DNA from: Candidatus Latescibacterota bacterium
Lineage (GTDB): Bacteria; Latescibacterota; UBA2968; UBA8231
NCBI GenBank assembly: GCA_965248265.1
Contig: CBDFJF010000002.1
Coordinates: forward strand, 2,513,214 to 2,577,213
Direction of reading: 5' to 3'
Length of the DNA stretch: 64,000 nt
Part shown: in pieces, positions 18,515-27,641 of the stretch
How the letters are laid out: every line of letters starts with the position of its first letter
Position numbering within the stretch: the stretch's first letter is position 1
Notes under the pieces: model-generated
The model's input: only the letters and a program-made list of their open reading frames with translations
Database searches by the model: none
Told to the model about the DNA's origin: nothing
Program-made: the position numbers and the translations under genes

Positions 18515-18958
18515 TCAGTCGGTCGGCAAGGAGGCGGTGTAGTTGCGCCACCCCTTCCATTGAGTGATCTCTTGCATACCCTCGCAGAGGACGGGCTCGC
18601 CGAGCACGCCGAGGACCTCCTCATCATCGGCGAGCTGAACCTTGCCGATACACAGACCGGGCGGTTCCGAAATCAGCAGCGTTGCCAGTCCGGCCACGGG
18701 GACGGACCAGATCTCCAGCTGGATGGAGATGCCCCCAGAGGAGACTTTGAGCATCGCCGGATCGATCGACCACAATCGATAGCAGGGTGCGGTTGCTGCC
18801 TCTCGAACAAACAGACCGCCGACTTCTGTCAGATTGCCGCTTAGCTCCAGGCCTCGCATCAATGTACCGTTGACGGCGAGATCGATCGATTTCACTGTTG
18901 TTGTCCTCCCTGGCGGGTTCACTATAGTTTCCGGGCTGCTCACAGACTGGTGCGCCAC
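18515..18958 (-). CDS. Stand-alone allophanate-hydrolase C-terminal-like / gamma-glutamylcyclotransferase-like domain protein
   Basis: 147 aa. IDLAVNGTLMRGLELSGNL…TAPCYRLWSI…IQLEIWSVP…PGLCIGKVQLADDEEVLGVLGE…ITQWKGWRNY follows the AH C-terminal domain pattern (LAVVGAHLSG.PLN…TAP.YRL…E.W.lP…PL.IG.V.L.DG..V.GFL.E…I..GGWRAY), recalled from memory. Confidence 0.6.
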   Translation of the reverse strand: MAHQSVSSPETIVNPPGRTTTVKSIDLAVNGTLMRGLELSGNLTEVGGLFVREAATAPCYRLWSIDPAMLKVSSGGISIQLEIWSVPVAGLATLLISEPPGLCIGKVQLADDEEVLGVLGEPVLCEGMQEITQWKGWRNYTASLPTD

Positions 18959-18990
18959 AAGATTGCGTAGTATCAGACCCTGGGCAAGCC

Positions 18991-21459
18991 ATGTACAAGA
19001 GGGTGAACTTGGAAGATACCGAGAACGAAACGCTCACTACAGCAGGTTATCTCGGACGGGTCGCGGTATTCGCCGCCAGTTATTACCTGGCGGGGAAGAG
19101 TGGTCTGTTGCCTGCAATATCGCCCGGATATGCCACCGCCATCTGGCCTGCCTCTGGCGTTGCCCTGGCAGCCATCCTGCTGTTCGGTTACCGCATGTGG
19201 CCGGCTATTCTGTTGGGTGCGATCCTGATCAATGGGGAATTGTCGATCGATGGCTACGCGCAAGGTCCGCTGAAGTGGACGGTAGTCACGCTCAGCGTCG
19301 CTGTGGGATCCACGCTTCAGGCCGTCGCCAGTGCTTTTCTGATTCGCCGATTCGTGGGCTTTCCCAACCCCCTAAATCAGGAGAGTGCGATACTGCGCTT
19401 TCTGGTTTTGGGAAGTCCGATCGGATGTTTGATCGCTCCTACGTGGGGCGCTGTGACCCTGCTCGTGAGTGGCGATCATCAATGGACAACGCTACCACTC
19501 GACTGGTTCACGTGGTGGGTCGGCGACGCGATCGGCGTGCTGATTTTTACACCCTTGATTCTGGTGTGGTTTGCCAGGCCTCGAAAGCTCTGGAGACCGC
19601 GCCGCTTTTCTTTGACCCTGGCCCTCGGCATTGCCTTCTCGCTCACGGTGTCCGTCTTCATGCTTGCCAGCGAGTGGGAGAGTAAACGGCAGCGTCTAGA
19701 ATTCCAACAACAAGCGAGCAGAATCACCTACAACCTGGAACTGCATCTCAGAGGTTACATCGAGGTGCTGCATTCAATCGACAACCTGTACAGCAGTTCC
19801 AGCGACGTGTCGCGGGAGAATTTTCGCGCCTTTGTGCGGCGGCATTACCAGCGACTTCACGCTATCCAGGCACTTGAATGGATTCCGTACGTGAGCGATA
19901 AGCGCAGAGCACATTTCGAGCAGGAAGCACGTCGGGATGGGCTCACCGGATTCCGAATCACCGAGCGGTCTGCTCAAAAGACCATGATCCCTGCTGCCCA
20001 GCGCGCGGAATACTACCCGGTGTACTACGTGGAGCCGTTGGAGGGTAATGAAGCTGCTCTAGGATTCGATCTGGCGTCCAGCGCGACCAGGCTGGCCGCA
20101 CTGAATGAGGCACGTGACAGTGGTGCCAACGTTGCGACCGCACCCATAACGCTCGTTCAGGAGAAGGGTAGTCAGGCCGCCTTCCTGGTATTCCTGCCGG
20201 TGTACCATGCAGGCCGCGATGTGGCTCCGACTTCCGTGCCCGAACGCCGTGATAGCTTGCGCGGATTCGTCCTGGGGGTCTTTCGCAGCGGTGACGTGAT
20301 TGAGGATGCGGCTCTGGCTGATCTGGCCTCCTCAGGAATCGAACTGTTGGTTGAGGATCGAGCCGCTGTCGCCGGAACGGAAGTCCTGTACGACAACCGC
20401 TCGCACGGCAGTACGCCCCAGGTAAGGCCGGAGTCGGCGGTCAACGAAGTGAGGACAACAACCGATATCGAGGTGGGCGGTCGGCGGTGGCATCTGAGTT
20501 TCACCCCAACACCCGGGTACCTCGCGGCGCAGGCAACGTGGCACCTGTGGATGGTGCTCATCGGCGGTGTCCTGTTTTCGGGGCTTCTCGGAGCCTTGTT
20601 GTTGATGATGTCCGGCCGTACAGAGCGCATTACGCAGCTGGTTGAGGAGCGCACGATCGAGCTCACTCGGGTCAACGCCGACCTTACCACGGAGATCACC
20701 GAGCGTCGGCGTATCCAACAGGAACTGGTCGAAGCCAAGCTGGTTGCCGAGAAGGCCGATCGGACCAAGAGTGAATTCCTGGCCAATATGAGCCACGAGC
20801 TCAGGACGCCGCTCAACGCGATAATCGGCTATAGTGAGATCCTGAAGGAGGACGCGGACGAGGCCCAGCAGACGTCGGCGTCTAAAGATCTTAGCCAGAT
20901 CCAGACCGCGGGACATCATCTGCTCGGTCTAATCAACGACGTCCTCGACCTGTCAAAAGTCGAGGCTGGCCGCATGGAGGTATCGCTTGAGCGTTTCGAG
21001 CCGCAGAGTTTGATCAACGAAGTAGTAGCCATGGTTGAACCGCTCGTGGAGAGGAACGACAACAAACTCGAAGTAGAGATCGTCGACGCCGGAACCATGT
21101 ACACGGATCAAACCAAACTGCGCCAGATTCTGTTCAACCTGCTGTCGAACGCGGCCAAATTCACTCAGCAAGGCTCGATCGTGCTCCGATGCAAGTCCCT
21201 GCAGGACGCGGGAACAACCTGGCTGGAATTTCAAGTCACTGACAGTGGCATCGGCATGACGGAGGCACAAATGGGGCAGGTGTTCGAGGCCTTCTCTCAA
21301 GCGGACTCATCGACGACGCGGCATTACGGTGGAACCGGATTGGGACTGACCATCACCAAGAGCTTTTGTGAGCTCCTGGGCGGTAAGATAGCGGCTGAAA
21401 GCAAGATGGGTGTGGGATCGACATTTACCGTGCGCGTGCCGGCGACTATCCCGGAGTGA
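18991..21459 (+). CDS. Sensor histidine kinase with MASE1 membrane domain, CHASE extracytoplasmic domain, HisKA and HATPase_c
   Basis: 822 aa. The MASE1-like multi-TM N-terminus reads YYLAGKSGLL…ATAIWPASGVALAAILLFG. The CHASE-like block reads LEWIPYV…YYPVYYVEPLEGNEAALGFDL…AR.SG. The H-box is FLANMSHELRTPLNAIIGYSE, and G-boxes are DSGIGM / GGTGLGL. Confidence 0.9.
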   Translation: MYKRVNLEDTENETLTTAGYLGRVAVFAASYYLAGKSGLLPAISPGYATAIWPASGVALAAILLFGYRMWPAILLGAILINGELSIDGYAQGPLKWTVVTLSVAVGSTLQAVASAFLIRRFVGFPNPLNQESAILRFLVLGSPIGCLIAPTWGAVTLLVSGDHQWTTLPLDWFTWWVGDAIGVLIFTPLILVWFARPRKLWRPRRFSLTLALGIAFSLTVSVFMLASEWESKRQRLEFQQQASRITYNLELHLRGYIEVLHSIDNLYSSSSDVSRENFRAFVRRHYQRLHAIQALEWIPYVSDKRRAHFEQEARRDGLTGFRITERSAQKTMIPAAQRAEYYPVYYVEPLEGNEAALGFDLASSATRLAALNEARDSGANVATAPITLVQEKGSQAAFLVFLPVYHAGRDVAPTSVPERRDSLRGFVLGVFRSGDVIEDAALADLASSGIELLVEDRAAVAGTEVLYDNRSHGSTPQVRPESAVNEVRTTTDIEVGGRRWHLSFTPTPGYLAAQATWHLWMVLIGGVLFSGLLGALLLMMSGRTERITQLVEERTIELTRVNADLTTEITERRRIQQELVEAKLVAEKADRTKSEFLANMSHELRTPLNAIIGYSEILKEDADEAQQTSASKDLSQIQTAGHHLLGLINDVLDLSKVEAGRMEVSLERFEPQSLINEVVAMVEPLVERNDNKLEVEIVDAGTMYTDQTKLRQILFNLLSNAAKFTQQGSIVLRCKSLQDAGTTWLEFQVTDSGIGMTEAQMGQVFEAFSQADSSTTRHYGGTGLGLTITKSFCELLGGKIAAESKMGVGSTFTVRVPATIPE

Positions 21460-23197
21460 TATTCGAAAGGTCCCAATCACCGAGTTTGGTGATTTTCATC
21501 GGCCCCGGTGTCATCGCTGGTCTTCCGTCCGCGACCCACGCGGCGATTTCCTCACGATGTCCCAGTCTGCGCAGGGCATTCCAGGACGGCGAGTAAACGG
21601 CCCGGCGCAGATCGGCATCCCAGAAAAACAAATAGTCGACGCCGCATTCGTAGAGGGCATGCGCCTTCTCGAAATATTCTTCCGGCGGGAACTGTCGCGG
21701 CATGACGTTAAGGGCCAGCTTGCACTGTGTTCCGCTGGTTCGTTCCAGCCAGTAGTCGACGTCAGCAGTGTCGCTCCAGGATTCGTTGAGGCTGTCGTAC
21801 CCAGGTTGCGAAGAATACGGCACGATCGTGTCCACGATGCTCTCCGTGATCCAGGCATCTACGTCGATGGCATCTTGCAGGTTCTCCTTGGCGTTCGCGC
21901 CCACGACAGCGGTGATTTCAACGCGCTTGCTTCGACCCATCTCCTCGGCAACGGCATCCAGGGTCTCACAGACTTCCCGCATAAACTGGGTCAGCGTCCG
22001 CGCACGGTAGGCCAACCAGCGACTGTCGTCCTCGGGTAGCCGACTCGGATGTTCTCCGAACTCTTCGACAAAGCCATCGACGAGTGGTGGCTCATGGTCC
22101 AGCAACGGAGGCCTGCGGTTGTACAGCAGCGCGATTCCGTCTACTCCGAGCAGGGCAATTTCACGCAGCACCGAAACCACGAACTGCCGAGCTTCTGGAA
22201 AGGCGTAGGAAATGCGCGGAGCGACGTTGCCCTCGCGGTCGATACCACGTAGTTCGGGGTGCCGCTTATAGAACGTGTCGCCGCTGTTGAAGTGGTCGTA
22301 GGGTGGGGGATAGTGAAACCCGGCGACGCGATAGCCGGCGTGCAGTTCGAGGCCCATCTCATGGGTTCGATCCAGGATGACGCGAAACGGGTCGACGTGC
22401 TGCTGCACGAAGTGGCGCCAGCTCTCAGCCTGGTATCGGTACAATGGGTCGGGGAAGTCCTCCACCAGGTCGCGTGTCGTCATGCGGCCAATCTCGGTGA
22501 AGTAGTTCAACTCGTCACCACCGCCCGCTTCCCAGTAAAGGCGCCCGAAATCGCTGTCCCCGAAGCACTCTATGTGCCGGCGCAAGGCCTCCTCGGTCAT
22601 GGGACGGCAGAACTGATGGGGACCATGCGCGTCGTTGTGGCCGAAAAGGCGTTTGGTGTCACGACGATCGCGGTCCACCTTGAGCGCTTCCACCTGATCA
22701 CTTGAAAGCGGAACGAGCTTGATGTATGCGATGCGGGTGGGAGCACTCTGATGGGCGCCAGATCCGTCGCCGTCGCTGACTGTCATGGACCGCTGGCCGA
22801 GAACAAGATCCTGATCCGTCAGATCGGCGGTCTTCCAGAATAGTTCGTGAATGCACCTGGTACGGTAGGCTGGAGTTGTCAGTCTGCCATCAGATTCCTG
22901 TTGTGGCGGCAACTGCGCCATCTCGACCATGGAGAACGTGGTGTCATCACTCAGCCGTGCCAGGAACTCGACTGGAAACAGGTACTGCGAGAACACGCCG
23001 AAGTGGATCTCATGCCACCCTTGAGTATCCAGAGTACACACGATATCCGCGGCGGCGGTTTCCGGTCCCGCCACCAGCATGGTGCCGGAAACCGAGTCGG
23101 TTTCGTAGGCCAGGGTGCGCCAGTGTCCGGGTTTGGGTTCGCGGGAGAGCAGGTGCGCTGGCAGGCACTGGCTCAGGTCGCTCAAATAAACGGTCAT
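21446..23197 (-). CDS. TIM-barrel GH-like protein, distant family B member with an extra N-terminal domain
   Basis: 583 aa. GLELHAGYRVAGFH…HPELRGIDREG…SYAFPEARQFVVSVLREIALLGVDGIALLYNR parallels the HPEW…PEVR…DG(V/I)ELD core of family B. The 14-nt 3' overlap with the convergent kinase gene is acceptable. Confidence 0.5.
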   Translation of the reverse strand: MTVYLSDLSQCLPAHLLSREPKPGHWRTLAYETDSVSGTMLVAGPETAAADIVCTLDTQGWHEIHFGVFSQYLFPVEFLARLSDDTTFSMVEMAQLPPQQESDGRLTTPAYRTRCIHELFWKTADLTDQDLVLGQRSMTVSDGDGSGAHQSAPTRIAYIKLVPLSSDQVEALKVDRDRRDTKRLFGHNDAHGPHQFCRPMTEEALRRHIECFGDSDFGRLYWEAGGGDELNYFTEIGRMTTRDLVEDFPDPLYRYQAESWRHFVQQHVDPFRVILDRTHEMGLELHAGYRVAGFHYPPPYDHFNSGDTFYKRHPELRGIDREGNVAPRISYAFPEARQFVVSVLREIALLGVDGIALLYNRRPPLLDHEPPLVDGFVEEFGEHPSRLPEDDSRWLAYRARTLTQFMREVCETLDAVAEEMGRSKRVEITAVVGANAKENLQDAIDVDAWITESIVDTIVPYSSQPGYDSLNESWSDTADVDYWLERTSGTQCKLALNVMPRQFPPEEYFEKAHALYECGVDYLFFWDADLRRAVYSPSWNALRRLGHREEIAAWVADGRPAMTPGPMKITKLGDWDLSNITPG

Positions 23198-23224
23198 GTC
23201 AGAACAGGACTCCGATGCCCAGGG

Positions 23225-24256
23225 CTACTCGTGTTCGAGCACGACCTTGACCGACTCCGGTCCGAGCGCGGTCTCCAGCGCTTCAGGCAGGGCTGCCAGC
23301 GGATAGGCATCCGTAATCAGCGGCTGAACGTTGAGCTTTTTTCTAGCGAGCAGATCAATGGCGAAACCGAATTGGTGGGCAAAGCGAAAGGAACCACGTA
23401 TAGTCAACTCCTTGACCAGCGCCAGATTAGCCGGCAGGGGTACATCGCCCAGCTGATTGCCTATCTGAACGATGACTCCTCCTGGCGTACAGCGTTCATA
23501 GGCGGAACGCAGAGCCGGAGCTGCTCCAGAAGCCTCCATTACGATGTCAAACCCGTCACAGATCTTCGCCACGGTCTCCAACTCTTCGTCGTCATCGGCC
23601 ATGATCGCGTGATCGGCCCACAGCTCGGAGGCCAGGTCGAGGGCGCGCTGCCGCACGTCTGTCACCGTGATCCGCGCAGCGCCGTGATGCCGGGTGACCA
23701 GCCCCAGCAACTGGCCGATCGGACCGGCGCCGGATATGAGCACTCGTTTCCCTGCCAAGCTGCCTGCCCGCTGCGCGGCCTGCAGGACGACGGACAGCGG
23801 TTCGAGCAGCGCTGCCTGTCGCCACGAGAGCCCCTCAGGAAGGATGTGGCAGCGCTCCGCCAGGGCGGGCACCAATTCCCGGAAACAGCCATCCATGTGG
23901 GGTGTGGTCGCGGCTGAGCCGAAGTATTTCATATGGCGGCAGAGATTATAGGCTCCTTCGACGCACTGACGGCATGTACCGCAGGGATGAGACGGGTCGA
24001 CAGCCACTCTGGTGCCAACTGGCAATCGATCGGAGTGGTCACCGGCATCCGCTACCTCCCCGGCGAACTCGTGACCGAGAACGAAAGGCTCCTTCACCTC
24101 GAAACCAGAGTTCCGCCCGTGTTCGAAGTAGTGCATGTCCGTGCCGCAGATTCCGGCTGCCTGCAGTCGTACCAACACCTGATCTGTGTCAATCGTGGGG
24201 ACCGATACTTGCTCGTCGCGCAGGTCTCTGGCTCCGTGGAGATAGAATGCCCGCAT
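23225..24256 (-). CDS. Zinc-dependent medium-chain polyol/alcohol dehydrogenase (L-idonate 5-dehydrogenase / sorbitol dehydrogenase-like)
   Basis: 343 aa. Zinc motif AAGICGTDMHYFEHGR….PFVLGHEFAGEV, structural-Zn cysteines CGTCRQC and the NAD motif ISGAGPIGQL. Confidence 0.9.
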   Translation of the reverse strand: MRAFYLHGARDLRDEQVSVPTIDTDQVLVRLQAAGICGTDMHYFEHGRNSGFEVKEPFVLGHEFAGEVADAGDHSDRLPVGTRVAVDPSHPCGTCRQCVEGAYNLCRHMKYFGSAATTPHMDGCFRELVPALAERCHILPEGLSWRQAALLEPLSVVLQAAQRAGSLAGKRVLISGAGPIGQLLGLVTRHHGAARITVTDVRQRALDLASELWADHAIMADDDEELETVAKICDGFDIVMEASGAAPALRSAYERCTPGGVIVQIGNQLGDVPLPANLALVKELTIRGSFRFAHQFGFAIDLLARKKLNVQPLITDAYPLAALPEALETALGPESVKVVLEHE

Positions 24257-24259
24257 TCG

Positions 24260-26938
24260 CTATGTCTGACTCGCTGAGGCTTCTGGGGTCGCGTCGGATT
24301 CGGCGTGTGGCGGCAGCAGTATGGTCAACGTAGTCCCCACGCCTGGCGTTGATTCGAGCTCGAGTCGTCCCGAGCATTGCTCGATGATGCTCCGACAGAT
24401 CGAGAGTCCAAGACCAGTGCCTTTGTCCGGATCCTTGGTCGTGAAGAACGGCTCCCAGATACGCTCATGGAGTTCCTCTGGAATGCCGGCGCCATTGTCA
24501 GTCACACTGATACTGACGTGTCCATCATTGAAGTCGGTGCGGATCTCGATGCGGGCTCCGTCCATCTCCGGTCCCATGCCCAACAGCGAATCCCTCGCGT
24601 TGACGAGCAGATTGAGGATGACCTCCTCCAGCGAGTAGGGATTGACGTTCACGGACGGAAGTTCGTTGCCGTTGGTGACGTTCAGCTCTATGCCCTGTGA
24701 TTTGAGCTGGGACCCAAGCAGGCCGATGCTTGACTGGACTATGTCGTTGACATCGGCAATTCCCGTATCCGGCCTTCCAGCCTGGCGGGCGAACAGCCGA
24801 ACGTGGTCGATGATGTGGACCATGCGATCGGCCTGATCGATGATCGACTGTTGCCGTGCCACCAGCTTATCCCCATCGAGATCCCAGCCTTTCTCCAGGC
24901 CGATCAGTGTGAGCTCGGCGTAGCCTCTTATGCCCGTGAGTGGCTGATTCAGTTCGTGAGCGATACCTGCCGCCATTTCGCCCAACGATCTCAAGCGGTC
25001 AGCGCGCATGCTGAGGACCTTCTGCTCTTCAAGCTCGACCTCGGCACTCATACGGTTGTGCTCGGCTTCCACGCGCGAAGTCACGTCGACGATGGAGCCG
25101 ACGATCTCGGACGGGTTGCCGTGTTCATCGCGCACTAGAAAGGTCTCGTCCCTGACCCAGCGGTACTCTCCATCTCCGCCTTGAATGCGATACTCCTGCG
25201 CCAGCTGACCCGAGCGCAGCACGCGCGACTGCTCGCCCATGACCCGGGGCAGGTCTTCCATGTGGATGCGCCACTTGAGGAAATTCGGGTTGGACAGAAA
25301 GGTCGAGACTTCCAGACCCAACAGAGGCTCGACGCTGGCTGACACGAAGGAGAAGCCGAAGGGTTGATCCAGCGGCCGGCTGTAGAGGACGGCAGGACTG
25401 CTTCTCAACAGATGCTGCAAACGTTCCTCGACTTCCATCAAGGCACGTGTTTCCTGTTTCCAGTGGCTGATATCGCGCGTCACGAGGCACACGATGCTCT
25501 CGCCCCGGTATTCGATCGTGTAGGCATCAATCTCAGCATCTAGGGCGGGGCCGGTCGTCGAGCGCAGGCGATGTTGCCCGGTATATGGCCGGTCAGCGTC
25601 CGCGGCAGCAAACAGATCCTGCAGTTCTTCGCCGACAGCAAAGATGGACTCAACCCGGATATTCCGGTGCTCGGGAGACGCGATATTTAGCTGCGAGACG
25701 AGCGAGGCGTTCATTTCGACGACGGCATGCGAGCGCGGGTCGAAGAACAGGATGCCTTCGGTACTCTTCTCAAGAATGGCGCGGTAGCGCGCATCGCGCA
25801 CCCGCAACGATTCCAGAGTCGCTCGCCGAAAGCGCCGGCGAACGCCGGAATAAATCAGCATCAAGACAACGGTTCCGGCCCCGATGCCACCAGCCCATCG
25901 AAGGGCGAGGGCGTTCTCTTTTTTCGAGTTGGCGATGTCGGTCGCGTCGCCGAACCATCGGGGATCCCCAATCGGCGTATGGTCTTCGCCCAACCAGAGA
26001 CATGGCGACTCTGGTAACAGGGAGAAGTCATCACTTTCCGAGTCGAAAAAACGTGGATCGGCCTTCAGGCAGTTCAGGCAGCGGGCCCCCTCAACGTGCT
26101 GGTGCTTTTTGGAATCGAAAATACAGGAGTTGAGAACGGATAGATGGTCGGTGCCGCCGACCACCTCGCCTCTGATGGTCGATAGAATGACCCCGGACAC
26201 GAGTGCGTCCGTCACATCTTTCAGGACGATGCCCTCACCAGCCTCGTGGATAGTGATGTCGGAAATTCGAACGGAAATCGGTTCGTCCTTCTGAGTGACT
26301 TGGATCGCCGTGTCGATGTCGTGAAAGGTGCTGTTGGATACCAGCAGGTTGCGAATCATGTCCCCGGAACCGAAGCCCAGGGCGCGACGACCGATATCAT
26401 GGAACTGGGAATTGTGTACCTCGCACCATGCGAAGGTTACCCCAACATCGCCTGAGATCGCATCCCCAGCGATGTTGCGGAACTGGCAATTTTCGACAAT
26501 CAGTGTGTTGGGCTGACGAGCCTGGGAGTAGATCGCGTACTCAGCCCCCTTGGCCCCATCGAAGGTGATGCCCTGCACCCGCAGATCGGAGTAAACCCGC
26601 AGCAGTACAGATTCCGCGGTCAAGATGGGTGGAGACTTGAGATCCGGTGCGGCGAGAAAGGTCAGCGGGACATCTGGCAGGGTGACCGTCGTGCTCTCTT
26701 CATAGCGTCCGCTGGCGGCGAATCGAACGCTGTCGCGCGCGGCCAACAGAGGCAGCAAGGCGTGGATTCGGTCGCGACCGGGGTGAATGTCGTGCGTGCG
26801 AGCCGAGGCGCCCGACGCGGTCAGCATCGCGATCAGGCACACCAGAAAACAGATGAAAGCTCTTGAATGAGCGGCGTCAGACAGAGTTACCCACCCTCGT
26901 TCTGGTCGATCTCTGTTTTGATTCGCGTTTTCTGCCAT
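24260..26938 (-). CDS. Sensor histidine kinase: signal peptide, periplasmic right-handed beta-helix (PbH1/CASH-like) domain, TM, two PAS-like regions, HisKA, HATPase_c
   Basis: Beta-helix repeats: VQGITFDG…, IVENCQFRNIAGDAISGD, CEVHNSQFHDIGRRALGF, LVSNSTFHDIDTAIQV, ISDITIHEAGEGIVL. TM helix: LRWAGGIGAGTVVLMLIYSGV. H-box: GEMAAGIAHELNQPLTGI. G-boxes: DNGAGI / GTGLGLS. Probable start is ATG 26938 (MAENANQ…, giving signal peptide AFICFLVCLIAMLTASGASA). The track ORF extends to 26989, and either start overlaps the upstream gene. Confidence 0.85.
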   Translation of the reverse strand: MAENANQNRDRPERGWVTLSDAAHSRAFICFLVCLIAMLTASGASARTHDIHPGRDRIHALLPLLAARDSVRFAASGRYEESTTVTLPDVPLTFLAAPDLKSPPILTAESVLLRVYSDLRVQGITFDGAKGAEYAIYSQARQPNTLIVENCQFRNIAGDAISGDVGVTFAWCEVHNSQFHDIGRRALGFGSGDMIRNLLVSNSTFHDIDTAIQVTQKDEPISVRISDITIHEAGEGIVLKDVTDALVSGVILSTIRGEVVGGTDHLSVLNSCIFDSKKHQHVEGARCLNCLKADPRFFDSESDDFSLLPESPCLWLGEDHTPIGDPRWFGDATDIANSKKENALALRWAGGIGAGTVVLMLIYSGVRRRFRRATLESLRVRDARYRAILEKSTEGILFFDPRSHAVVEMNASLVSQLNIASPEHRNIRVESIFAVGEELQDLFAAADADRPYTGQHRLRSTTGPALDAEIDAYTIEYRGESIVCLVTRDISHWKQETRALMEVEERLQHLLRSSPAVLYSRPLDQPFGFSFVSASVEPLLGLEVSTFLSNPNFLKWRIHMEDLPRVMGEQSRVLRSGQLAQEYRIQGGDGEYRWVRDETFLVRDEHGNPSEIVGSIVDVTSRVEAEHNRMSAEVELEEQKVLSMRADRLRSLGEMAAGIAHELNQPLTGIRGYAELTLIGLEKGWDLDGDKLVARQQSIIDQADRMVHIIDHVRLFARQAGRPDTGIADVNDIVQSSIGLLGSQLKSQGIELNVTNGNELPSVNVNPYSLEEVILNLLVNARDSLLGMGPEMDGARIEIRTDFNDGHVSISVTDNGAGIPEELHERIWEPFFTTKDPDKGTGLGLSICRSIIEQCSGRLELESTPGVGTTLTILLPPHAESDATPEASASQT

Positions 26939-27627
26939 TCGTAGTCGACTTCGCCGTCGTAGAAGACCTCCGGCGCCTCGATAGCCCAACCCTGTTTGCG
27001 GATGAGCCAGTTTTCTGGGTCAAGGGAGACGCCCTCTTGTAACGCCTGCAAGGCAGCCTGCGGCTTGCCTTCGTCGAGGTAGCCGACTGCGCGCTGCAGG
27101 CAGGCGTCGGATTGTCGCTCCTCCGGTGTAATCAGCTCTGCGGCTGCCGGTTCACTCGCCTCGTTCCATGAATCCGGCCGACTGCCCGTTGAAGCCCAAT
27201 TCTCCAACTCGCTTCGGAACGTCGAATCACCGATATCGACCATACTGACAGGTCGGGCGAGTTGTCCATCGGCATCGATGACAATACCGACGGGAACATA
27301 CTTCACGCCGAATGCCTTGCCGACCACGTTGCCCCTGTCCACTAAAGACGGAAAGGTCGCCATGGCTTTTTCGAGCCAGGGCTTGGCATAGTCCTCACCT
27401 TGAGCGTCTTGAGCGATCGAGATTACGTTGCAGTTTTCGCCGTTCTTATTGAAGAATGACTGCCATCCAGGCAGTTGCGATCGGCAGCGTCACCACGAGG
27501 CCCACATGTAGAGGACCGTTCGCCTGCCGAGAAAGTCCCGAGGTCCCAAGGATCGGTCGGAACCGATTTCGGGCAAGGTGAATTCTGGTAGTTCGCGGCG
27601 GGTGTCATTGGTACCTTTGCTGGTCAT
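26887..27627 (-). CDS. TlpA/ResA/redoxin-like thiol:disulfide oxidoreductase with a C-terminal TPR-like extension; in-frame TGA (27492-27490) at the catalytic position, so a candidate selenocysteine (alternatively a nonsense pseudogene)
   Basis: Own translation from ATG 27627: MTSKGTNDTRRELPEFTLPEIGSDRSLGPRDFLGRRTVLYMWASW-TGA-RCRSQLPGWQSFFNKNGENCNVISIAQDAQGEDYAKPWLEKAMATFPSLVDRGNVVGKAFGVKYVPVGIVIDADGQL…. It is in frame with track ORF 26887-27363. It matches the redoxin pattern …FWA(S/T)WC..CR..(M/L)P…, and a GAGGAGAG SD lies upstream. Confidence 0.55.
27459..27475 (-). promoter_or_regulatory. Candidate bacterial SECIS-like hairpin ACUGCC-UGGAU-GGCAGU, 14 nt downstream of the in-frame UGA
   Basis: Perfect 6-bp stem with a 5-nt apical loop containing GG. 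The loop starts about 20 nt after the UGA, within the UGA-to-loop spacing reported for bSECIS elements. Not verified with a SECIS model. Confidence 0.35.
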
Positions 27628-27641
27628 CGATAAACTCTCCT

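Noticed and set aside
27490-27492. Alternative explanations for the in-frame TGA: genome-wide TGA recoding, or a frameshift.
   Set aside because: TGA terminates many well-supported genes in this window (vapB, deacylase, BNR, STAND and others), so it is a stop in this genome. The conserved redoxin sequence is in the same frame on both sides, so no frameshift is involved. A simple nonsense mutation cannot be excluded and is kept as the alternative in the finding.
27423-27608. Track ORF of 61 aa (MTPAANYQNSPCP…) upstream of the redoxin fragment.
   Set aside because: It is out of frame with both halves of the redoxin gene and has no motif. The frame carrying ELPEFTLP…LYMWASW is the one continuous with the downstream conserved sequence.
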